Shown: piece by piece, positions 53,501-64,000 of the stretch
Layout of the letters: each line of letters begins with the position of its first letter
Position numbering within the stretch: the first letter of the stretch is position 1
NCBI GenBank assembly: GCA_964016885.1
Contig: OZ024743.1
Coordinates: 219,728,001 to 219,792,000 of the forward strand
Direction: 5' to 3'
From: Eledone cirrhosa
Taxonomy: Eukaryota
Length of the DNA: 64,000 nucleotides
Made by a program: the position numbers and the translations under genes
The notes under the pieces: model-generated
What the model was told of the DNA's origin: nothing
Database searches by the model: none
What the model saw: only the letters and a program-made list of their open reading frames with translations

Positions 53501-56500
53501 GTTAGAACGCCAGATAGAATGTTGTATGAACGCCAGATAGAATGTTGTATGAACGCCAGATAGAATGTTGTATGAACGCCAGATAGAATGTTGTATGAAC
53601 GCCAGATAGAATGCTGTTAGAACGCCAGATAGCATGCTGTTAGAACGCCAGATAAAATGTTGTATGAACGCCAGATAGAATGTTGTTAGAACGCCTGATA
53701 GAATGTTGTATGAACGCCAGATAGAATGTTGTATGAACGTCAGATAGAATGTTGTTAGACCGCCACATAGAATGATGTATGAACGCCTGATAGAATGTTG
53801 TATGAACGCCAGATAGAATGTTGTATGAACGCCAGATAGAATGTTGTATGAATGCCAGATAGAATGTTGTTAGAACACCAGATAGAATGTTGTTAGAACG
53901 CCAGATAGAATGTTGTATGAACGCCAGACAGAATGTTGTTACAACACCAGATAGAATGTTGTTAGAACCCCAGATAGAATGTTGTTAGAACGCCAGATAG
54001 AATGTTGTATGAACGCCAGATAGAATGTGTTAGAACGCCAGATAGAATGCTGTTAGAACGCCAGATAGCATGCTGTTAGAACGCCAGATAAAATGTTGTA
54101 TGAACGCCAGATAAAATGTTGTATGAACGCCAGATAGAATGTTGTTAGAACGCCTGATAGAATGTTGTATGAACGCCAGATAGAATGTTGTATGAACGCC
54201 AGATAGAACGTTGTTAGAACGCCAGATAGAATGTTGTATGGACACCGGATAGAATGTTGTTAGAACGCCGAATAGAATGTTGTTAGAACGACAGATAGAA
54301 TGTTGTAAGAACGCCGGATAGAATGTTGTTAGAACGCCAGATAGAATGTTGTTAGAACGCCAGATAGAATTTTGTAATAACGCCATATAGAATGATGTTA
54401 AAACGCCAGATAAAATGTTGTTAGAACACCAGATAGAATGTTGTATGAACGCCAGATAGAATGTTGTATGAACGCCAGATAGTATGTTGTATGAACGCCA
54501 GATAGAATTTTGTTAGAACGCCAGATAGAATGTTGTATGAACGCCAGATAGAATGTTGTATGAACGCCAGATAGAATGTTGTTAGAACGCCAGATAGAAT
54601 GTTGTATGAACGCCAGATAGAATGTTGTTAAAACGCCAAATAGAATGTTGTTACAACGCCAGATAGAATGTTGTTAGAACGCCAGATAGAATTTGGTTAG
54701 AACGCCAGATAGAATGTTGTATGAACACCGGATAGAACGTTGTTAGAACGCCGAATAGAATTTTGTTAGAACGCCAGATAGAATTTTGTATGAACGCCAG
54801 ATAGAATGTTGTATGAACGTCATATAGAATGTTGTTAGAACGCCAGATAGAATGTTATTAGTACGCAAGATAGAATGTTGTATGAACGCCAGATAGAATG
54901 TTGTATGAACGCCAGATAGAATTTTGTTAGAACGCCAGATAGAATGTTGTATGAACGCCAGATAGAATGTTGTATGAACGCCAGATAGAATGTTGTATGA
55001 ACGCCAGATAGAATGTTGTATGAACGCCAGATAGAATGTTGTATGAACACCGGATAGAATGTTGTTAGAACGCCGAATAGAATGTTGTTAGAACGCCAGA
55101 TAGAATGTTGTTAGAACGCCAGATAGAATGTTGTATGAACGCCAGATAGAATGTTGTTAAAACGCCAAATAGAACGTTGTTACAACGCCAGATAGAATGT
55201 TGTTAGAACGCCAGATAGAATTTTGTTAGAACGCCAGATAGAATGTTGTATGAACACCGGATAGAACGTTGTTAGAACGCCGAATAGAATTTTGTTAGAA
55301 CGCCAGATAGAATTTTGTATGAACGTCATATAGAATGTTGTTAGAACGCCAGATAGAATGTTATTAGTACGCAAGATAGAATGTTGTATGAACGCCAGAT
55401 AGAATGTTGTATGAACGCCAGATAGAATTTTGTTAGAACGCCAGATAGAATGTTGTATGAACGCCAGATAGAATGTTGTATGAACGCCAGATAGAATGTT
55501 GTATGAACGCCAGATAGAATGTTGTATGAACGCCAGATAGAATGTTGTATGAACACCGGATAGAATGTTGTTAGAACGCCGAATAGAATGTTGTTAGAAC
55601 GCCAGATAGATTGTTGTTAGAACGCCAGATAGAATGTTGTTACAACGCCAGATAGAATGTAGTTAGAACGCCAGATAGAATCTTGTTAGAACGCCAAATA
55701 GAATGATGTATGAACGCCAGATAGAATGTTGTATGAATGCCAGATAGAACGTTGTTAGAACGCCAAATAGAATGTTGTATGAACACCGGATAGAATGTTG
55801 TATGAACGCCAGATAGAATGTTGTTACAACGCCAGATAGAATGTTGTTAGAACGCCAGATAGAATTTTGTTAGAACGCCAGATAGAATGATGTATGAACG
55901 CCAGATAGAATGATGTATGAACGCCAGATAGAACGTTGTTAGAACGCCAGATAGAATGTTGTATGAACGCCAGATAGAACGTTGTTAGAACGCCAGATAA
56001 AATGTTGTATGAACGCCAGATAGAATGTTGTTAGAACGCCAGATAGAATGCTGTTATAACGCCAGATAAAATATTGTGTGAACGCCACATAGAATGTTGT
56101 ATGAACGCCAGATAGAATGTTGTTAGAACACCAGATAGAATGCTGTTAGAACGCCAGATAAAATGTTGTATGAACGCCAGATAGAATGATGTATGAACGC
56201 CAGATAGAATGTTGTATGAACGCCAGATAGAATATTGTATGAACGCCAGATAGAATGTTGTATGAACGCCAGATAGAATGTGTTAGAAGGCCAGATAGAA
56301 TGCTGTTAGAACGCCAGATAGCATGCTGTTAGAACGCCAGATAAAATGTTGTATGAACGCCAGATAAAATGTTGTATGAACGCCAGATAGAATGTTGTTA
56401 GAACGCCAGATAGAATGTTGTATGAACGCCAGATAGAATGTTGTATGAACGCCAGATAGAATGTTGTATGAACGCCAGATAGAATGCTGTTAGAACGCCA

Positions 56501-59500
56501 GATAGCATGCTGTTAGAACGCCAGATAAAATGTTGTATGAACGCCAGATAGAATGTTGTTAGAACGCCTGATAGAATGTTGTATGAACGCCAGATAGAAT
56601 GTTGTATGAACGTCAGATAGAATGTTGTTAGACCGCCACATAGAATGATGTATGAACGCCTGATAGAATGTTGTATGAACGCCAGATAGAATGTTGTATG
56701 AACGCCAGATAGAATGTTGTATGAATGCCAGATAGAATGTTGTTAGAACACCAGATAGAATGTTGTTAGAACGCCAGATAGAATGTTGTATGAACGCCAG
56801 ACAGAATGTTGTTACAACACCAGATAGAATGTTGTTAGAACCCCAGATAGAATGTTGTTAGAACGCCAGATAGAATGTTGTATGAACGCCAGATAGAATA
56901 TTGTATGAACGCCAGATAGAATGTTGTATGAACGCCAGATAGAATGTGTTAGAACGCCAGATAGAATGTTGTTAGAACGCCAGATAGCATGCTGTTAGAA
57001 CGCCAGATAAAATGTTGTATGAACGCCAGATAAAATGTTGTATGAACGCCAGATAGAATGTTGTTAGAACGCCTGATAGAATGTTGTATGAACGCCAGAT
57101 AGAATGTTGCTAAAACGCCAGATAGAATGTTGTTAGAATCCAGATAGAATTTTGTTAGAACGCCAGATAGAATGATGTATGAACGCCAGATAGAATGTTG
57201 TATGAACGCCAGATAGAACGTTGTTAGAACGCCAGATAGAATGTTGTATGGACACCGGATAGAATGTTGTTAGAACGCCGAATAGAATGTTGTTAGAACG
57301 ACAGATAGAATGTTGTAAGAAAGCCGGATAGAATGTTGTTAGAACGCCAGATAGAATGTTGTTAGAACGCCAGATAGAATTTTGTAATAACGCCAGATAG
57401 AATGATGATAAAACGCCAGATAAAATGTTGTTAGAACACCAGATAGAATGTTGTATGAACGCCAGATAGAATGTTGTATGAACGCCAGATAGAATGTTGT
57501 ATGAACGCCAGATAGAATGTTGTTAGAACGCCAGATAGAATGTTGTATGAACGCCAGATAGAATGTTGTTAAAACGCCAAATAGAATGTTGTTACAACGC
57601 CAGATAGAATGTTGTTAGAACGCCAGATAGAATTCTGTTAGAACGCCAGATAGAATGTTGTATGAACACCGGATAGAACGTTGTTAGAACGCCGAATAGA
57701 ATTTTGTTAGAACGCCAGATAGAATTTTGTATGAACGCCAGATAGAATGTTGTATGAACGTCATATAGAATGTTGTTAGAACGCCAGATAGAATGTTATT
57801 AGTACGCAAGATAGAATGTTGTATGAACGCCAGATAGAATGTTGTATGAACGCCAGATAGAATTTTGTTAGAACGCCAGATAGAATGTTGTATGAACGCC
57901 AGATAGAATGTTGTATGAACGCCAGATAGAATGTTGTATGAACGCCAGATAGAATGTTGTATGAACGCCAGATAGAATGTTGTATGAACACCGGATAGAA
58001 TGTTGTTAGAACGCCGAATAGAATGTTGTTAGAACGCCAGATAGAATGTTGTTAGAACGCCAGATAGAATGTTGTATGAACGCCAGATAGAATGTTGTTA
58101 AAACGCCAAATAGAATGTTGTTACAACGCCAGATAGAATGTTGTTAGAACGCCAGATAGAATTTTGTTAGAACGCCAGATAGAATGTTGTATGAACACCG
58201 GATAGAACGTTGTTAGAACGCCGAATAGAATTTTGTTAGAACGCCAGATAGAATTTTGTATGAACGTCATATAGAATGTTGTTAGAACGCCAGATAGAAT
58301 GTTATTAGTACGCAAGATAGAATGTTGTATGAACGCCAGATAGAATGTTGTATGAACGCCAGATAGAATTTTGTTAGAACGCCAGATAGAATGTTGTATG
58401 AACGCCAGATAGAATGTTGTATGAACGCCAGATAGAATGTTGTATGAACGCCACATAGAATGTTGTATGAACGCCAGATAGAATGTTGTATGAACACCGG
58501 ATAGAATGTTGTTAGAACGCCGAATAGAATGTTGTTAGAACGCCAGATAGATTGTTGTTAGAACGCCAGATAGAATGTTGTTACAACGCCAGATAGAATG
58601 TAGTTAGAACGCCAGATAGAATCTTGTTAGAACGCCAAATAGAATGATGTATGAACGCCAGATAGAATGTTGTATGAATGCCAGATAGAACGTTGTTAGA
58701 ACGCCAAATAGAATGTTGTATGAACACCGGATAGAATGTTGTATGAACGCCAGATAGAATGTTGTTACAACGCCAGATAGAATGTTGTTAGAACGCCAGA
58801 TAGAATTTTGTTAGAACGCCAGATAGAATGATGTATGAACGCCAGATAGAATGATGGATGAACGCCAGATAGAACGTTGTTAGAACGCCAGATAGAATGT
58901 TGTATGAACGCCAGATAGAACGTTGTTAGAACGCCAGATAAAATGTTGTATGAACGCCAGATAGAATGTTGTTAGAACGCCAGATAGAATGCTGTTATAA
59001 CGCCAGATAAAATATTGTGTGAACGCCACATAGAATGTTGTATGAACGCCAGATAGAATGTTGTTAGAACACCAGATAGAATGCTGTTAGAACGCCAGAT
59101 AAAATGTTGTATGAACGCCAGATAGAATGATGTATGAACGCCAGATAGAATGTTGTATGAACGCCAGATAGAATATTGTATGAACGCCAGATAGAATGTT
59201 GTATGAACGCCAGATAGAATGTGTTAGAAGGCCAGATAGAATGCTGTTAGAACGCCAGATAGCATGCTGTTAGAACGCCAGATAAAATGTTGTATGAACG
59301 CCAGATAAAATGTTGTATGAACGCCAGATAGAATGTTGTTAGAACGCCAGATAGAATGTTGTATGAACGCCAGATAGAATGTTGTATGAACGCCAGATAG
59401 AATGTTGTATGAACGCCAGATAGAATGCTGTTAGAACGCCAGATAGCATGCTGTTAGAACGCCAGATAAAATGTTGTATGAACGCCAGATAGAATGTTGT

Positions 59501-62500
59501 TAGAACGCCTGATAGAATGTTGTATGAACGCCAGATAGAATGTTGTATGAACGTCAGATAGAATGTTGTTAGACCGCCACATAGAATGATGTATGAACGC
59601 CTGATAGAATGTTGTATGAACGCCAGATAGAATGTTGTATGAACGCCAGATAGAATGTTGTATGAATGCCAGATAGAATGTTGTTAGAACACCAGATAGA
59701 ATGTTGTTAGAACGCCAGATAGAATGTTGTATGAACGCCAGACAGAATGTTGTTACAACACCAGATAGAATGTTGTTAGAACCCCAGATAGAATGTTGTT
59801 AGAACGCCAGATAGAATGTTGTATGAACGCCAGATAGAATATTGTATGAACGCCAGATAGAATGTTGTATGAACGCCAGATAGAATGTGTTAGAACGCCA
59901 GATAGAATGTTGTTAGAACGCCAGATAGCATGCTGTTAGAACGCCAGATAAAATGTTGTATGAACGCCAGATAAAATGTTGTATGAACGCCAGATAGAAT
60001 GTTGTTAGAACGCCTGATAGAATGTTGTATGAACGCCAGATAGAATGTTGCTAAAACGCCAGATAGAATGTTGTTAGAATCCAGATAGAATTTTGTTAGA
60101 ACGCCAGATAGAATGATGTATGAACGCCAGATAGAATGTTGTATGAACGCCAGATAGAACGTTGTTAGAACGCCAGATAGAATGTTGTATGGACACCGGA
60201 TAGAATGTTGTTAGAACGCCGAATAGAATGTTGTTAGAACGACAGATAGAATGTTGTAAGAAAGCCGGATAGAATGTTGTTAGAACGCCAGATAGAATGT
60301 TGTTAGAACGCCAGATAGAATTTTGTAATAACGCCAGATAGAATGATGATAAAACGCCAGATAAAATGTTGTTAGAACACCAGATAGAATGTTGTATGAA
60401 CGCCAGATAGAATGTTGTATGAACGCCAGATAGAATGTTGTATGAACGCCAGATAGAATGTTGTTAGAACGCCAGATAGAATGTTGTATGAACGCCAGAT
60501 AGAATGTTGTTAAAACGCCAAATAGAATGTTGTTACAACGCCAGATAGAATGTTGTTAGAACGCCAGATAGAATTCTGTTAGAACGCCAGATAGAATGTT
60601 GTATGAACACCGGATAGAACGTTGTTAGAACGCCGAATAGAATTTTGTTAGAACGCCAGATAGAATTTTGTATGAACGCCAGATAGAATGTTGTATGAAC
60701 GTCATATAGAATGTTGTTAGAACGCCAGATAGAATGTTATTAGTACGCAAGATAGAATGTTGTATGAACGCCAGATAGAATGTTGTATGAACGCCAGATA
60801 GAATTTTGTTAGAACGCCAGATAGAATGTTGTATGAACGCCAGATAGAATGTTGTATGAACGCCAGATAGAATGTTGTATGAACGCCAGATAGAATGTTG
60901 TATGAACGCCAGATAGAATGTTGTATGAACACCGGATAGAATGTTGTTAGAACGCCGAATAGAATGTTGTTAGAACGCCAGATAGAATGTTGTTAGAACG
61001 CCAGATAGAATGTTGTTACAACGCCAGATAGAATGTAGTTAGAACGCCAGATAGAATCTTGTTAGAACGCCAGATAGAATGATGTATGAACGACAGATAG
61101 AATGTTGTATGAATGCCAGATAGAACGTTGTTAGAACGCCAAATAGAATGTTGTATGAACACCGGATAGAATGTTGTATGAACGCCAGATAGAATGTTGT
61201 TACAACGCCAGATAGAATGTTGTTAGAACGCCAGATAGAATTTTGTTAGAACGCCAGATAGAATGATGTATGAACGCCAGATAGAATGATGTATGAACGC
61301 CAGATAGAACGTTGTTAGAACGCCAGATAGAATGTTGTATGAACGTCAGATAGAACGTTGTTAGAACGCCAGATAAAATGTGGTATGAACGCCAGATAGA
61401 ATGTTGTTAGAACGCCAGATAGAATGCTGTTATAACGCCAGATAAAATATTGTGTGAACGCCAGATAGAATGTTGTATGAACGCCAGATAGAATGTTGTT
61501 AGAACGCCAGATAGAATGTTGTTAGAACGCCACATAGAATGTTGTTAGAACGCCAGATAGAATGTTGTATGAACGCCAAATAGAATGTTGTGAAAACGTC
61601 ACATAGAATGTTGTTAGAACGCCAGATAGAATGTTGTATGAACGCCAGATAGAATGTTGTATGAACGCCAGATAGAATGTTGTATGAACGCCAGATAGAA
61701 TGTTGTATGAACGCCAGATAGAATGCTGTTAGAACGCCAGATAGCATGCTGTTAGAACGCCAGATAAAATGTTGTATGAACGCCAGATAGAATGTTGTTA
61801 GAACGCCTGATAGAATGTTGTATGAACGCCAGATAGAATGTTGTATGAACGTCAGATAGAATGTTGTTAGACCGCCACATAGAATGATGTATGAATGCCA
61901 GATAGAATGTTGTTAGAACACCAGATAGAATGTTGTTAGAACGCCAGATAGAATGTTGTATGAACGCCAGACAGAATGTTGTTACAACACCAGATAGAAT
62001 GTTGTTAGAACCCCAGATAGAATGTTGTTAGAACGCCAGATAGAATGTTGTATGAACGCCAGATAGAATATTGTATGAACGCCAGATAGAATGTTGTATG
62101 AACGCCAGATAGAATGTGTTAGAACGCCAGATAGAATGTTGTTAGAACGCCAGATAGCATGCTGTTAGAACGCCAGATAAAATGTTGTATGAACGCCAGA
62201 TAAAATGTTGTATGAACGCCAGATAGAATGTTGTTAGAACGCCTGATAGAATGTTGTATGAACGCCAGATAGAATGTTGCTAAAACGCCAGATAGAATGT
62301 TGTTAGAATCCAGATAGAATTTTGTTAGAACGCCAGATAGAATGATGTATGAACGCCAGATAGAATGTTGTATGAACGCCAGATAGAACGTTGTTAGAAC
62401 GCCAGATAGAATGTTGTATGAACGCCAGATAGAATGTTGTATGAACGCCAGATAGAATGTTGTATGAACGCCAGATAGAATGCTGTTAGAACGCCAGATA

Positions 62501-64000
62501 GCATGCTGTTAGAACGCCAGATAAAATGTTGTATGAACGCCAGATAGAATGTTGTTAGAACGCCAGATAGAATGTTGTATGAACACCGGATAGAACGTTC
62601 TTAGAACGCCGAATAGAATTTTGTTAGAACGCCAGATAGAATTTTGTATGAACGCCAGATAGAATGTTGTATGAACGTCATATAGAATGTTGTTAGAACG
62701 CCAGATAGAATGTTATTAGTACGCAAGATAGAATGTTGTATGAACGCCAGATAGAATGTTGTATGAACGCCAGATAGAATTTTGTAATAACGCCAGATAG
62801 AATGATGATAAAACGCCAGATAAAATGTTGTTAGAACACCAGATAGAATGTTGTATGAACGCCAGATAGAATGTTGTATGAACGCCAGATAGTATGTTGT
62901 ATGAACGCCAGATAGAATTTTGTTAGAACGCCAGATAGAATGATGTATGAACGCCAGATAGAATGTTGTATGAACGCCAGATAGAATGTTGTTAGAACGC
63001 CAGATAGAATGTTGTATGAACGCCAGATAGAATGTTGTTAAAACGCCAAATAGAATGTTGTTACAACGCCAGATAGAATGTTGTTAGAACGCCAGATAGA
63101 ATTTTGTTAGAACGCCAGATAGAATGTTGTATGAACACCGGATAGAACGTTCTTAGAACGCCGAATAGAATTTTGTTAGAACGCCAGATAGAATTTTGTA
63201 TGAACGCCAGATAGAATGTTGTATGAACGTCATATAGAATGTTGTTAGAACGCCAGATAGAATGTTATTAGTACGCAAGATAGAATGTTGTATGAACGCC
63301 AGATAGAATGTTGTATGAACGCCAGATAGAATTTTGTTAGAACGCCAGATAGAATGTTGTATGAACGCCAGATAGAATGTTGTATGAACGCCAGATAGAA
63401 TGTTGTATGAACGCCAGATAGAATGTTGTATGAACGCCAGATAGAATGTTGTATGAACACCGGATAGAATGTTGTTAGAACGCCGAATAGAATGTTGTTA
63501 GAACGCCAGATAGAATGTTGTTAGAACGCCAGATAGAATGTTGTTACAACGCCAGATAGAATGTAGTTAGAACGCCAGATAGAATCTTGTTAGAACGCCA
63601 GATAGAATGATGTATGAACGACAGATAGAATGTTGTATGAATGCCAGATAGAACGTTGTTAGAACGCCAAATAGAATGTTGTATGAACACCGGATAGAAT
63701 GTTGTATGAACGCCAGATAGAATGTTGTTACAACGCCAGATAGAATGTTGTTAGAACGCCAGATAGAATTTTGTTAGAACGCCAGATAGAATGATGTATG
63801 AACGCCAGATAGAATGATGTATGAACGCCAGATAGAACGTTGTTAGAACGCCAGATAGAATGTTGTATGAACGTCAGATAGAACGTTGTTAGAACGCCAG
63901 ATAAAATGTGGTATGAACGCCAGATAGAATGTTGTTAGAACGCCAGATAGAATGCTGTTATAACGCCAGATAAAATATTGTGTGAACGCCAGATAGAATG
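47600..64000. repeat. Long-range similarity at a 10,617-bp offset (about 47.6-53.4 kb vs 58.2-64 kb)
   Basis: ORF pairs 47665/58282, 50100/60717, 50882/61499 and 52628/63245. Shared rare variants include ATGTGGTATG, GTGAAAACGTCAC and CGTTCTTAG. Confidence 0.85.
54520..61010. repeat. Tandem repeat of a 2,941-bp (128-monomer) unit, about 2.2 copies
   Basis: ORF pairs are offset by 2941 (54835/57776, 55180/58121, 55341/58282, 57776/60717). 128x23-3=2941=2435+506. Confidence 0.9.

Larger units (their letters stand above)
1..64000. repeat. Tandem satellite DNA array, 23-bp monomer GAACGCCAGATAGAATGTTGT(TA/AT), about 2,780 copies, single orientation, extends beyond both window edges
   Basis: The monomer is readable in every line. 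I saw no unique sequence or inversion. Offsets between recurring variants are multiples of 23 once rare 20-, 22- and 24-bp monomers are counted. Confidence 0.99.
40400..64000. repeat. Right sub-array: HORs of about 2.2-2.5 kb marked by 22-bp monomers and TAGCATG, GTCATAT and TATTAGTACGCAAG variants
   Basis: A near-identical 71-aa pseudo-ORF recurs at 40448, 42953, 47665, 50100, 52628, 54835, 55341, 57776, 58282, 60717 and 63245 (spacings 2505, 4712, 2435, 2528, 2207, 506, 2435, 506, 2435, 2528). Confidence 0.88.

Noticed and set aside
146-63460. Dozens of minus-strand ORFs (63-240 aa) with the repeat FIQHSIWRSYNILSGVHTTFYLA
   Set aside because: These are arithmetic artefacts. The AT-type monomer has no stop in any minus frame, and the TA type gives TAA in only one frame, so ORFs persist until a TA monomer falls in frame. 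The plus strand has TAG in nearly every monomer, closing all frames. The ORFs overlap in different frames, mostly lack ATG starts and have no unique domains.
1-64000. CRISPR array (23-bp repeat length)
   Set aside because: The repeats abut directly with no unique spacers, no leader and no cas genes.
1-64000. Telomerase-made telomeric tract (Candida albicans has a 23-bp unit; occasional TTAGG in GTTAGGAC)
   Set aside because: The sequence does not resemble that unit. The 64 kb length, heterogeneity and kb-scale HORs indicate recombinational amplification. TTAGG occurs only as an isolated SNV variant.
1-64000. Human HSat2/HSat3 identity via GAATG/CATTC
   Set aside because: There is only one GAATG per monomer, with no tandem (CATTC)n or CATTCGATTC pattern. 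The shared pentamer is insufficient.
1-64000. The dimorphic site reads ATG vs TAG (start vs stop) on the plus strand
   Set aside because: Any ATG-initiated frame meets a stop within about three monomers, so there is no coding potential. Treated as coincidence.
1-64000. Heat-shock elements from repeated nGAAn
   Set aside because: The GAA units are direct repeats 11-12 bp apart, not the contiguous inverted nGAAn arrangement of canonical HSEs.
1-64000. Monomer length matches small-RNA size, or the TA/AT string as an encoded message or synthetic data store
   Set aside because: Nothing in the sequence supports transcription or processing, and I saw no inverted segment that could form a hairpin. 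The string's structure is explained by nested duplications and point mutation.

Overview
The whole 64 kb window is one uninterrupted head-to-tail satellite array in a single orientation. It holds about 2,780 copies of a 23-bp monomer, GAACGCCAGATAGAATGTTGT[TA|AT] (39% GC in the consensus), and runs off both ends. I found no credible genes, RNA genes, mobile elements or CRISPR spacers. All listed ORFs are translation by-products of the repeat (3 monomers = 69 bp = one 23-aa pseudo-repeat). The structure worth noting is inside the array. There are two co-dominant monomer types, and the monomer looks like a diverged 12+11-bp dimer. Higher-order repeats (HORs) are nested, with offsets of about 1.1, 2.4-2.9, 4.5, 4.9 and 10.6 kb. 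A left domain marked by 24-bp monomers gives way to a right domain marked by 22-bp monomers between about 34.5 and 37.5 kb, and there are conversion-like patches and older diverged islands. This organisation is typical of eukaryotic centromeric, pericentromeric or subtelomeric heterochromatin (inference). I do not recognise the family or the organism, and I cannot support a novel protein-coding system here. Offsets come from the ORF track and hand-located marker variants; block boundaries are approximate.
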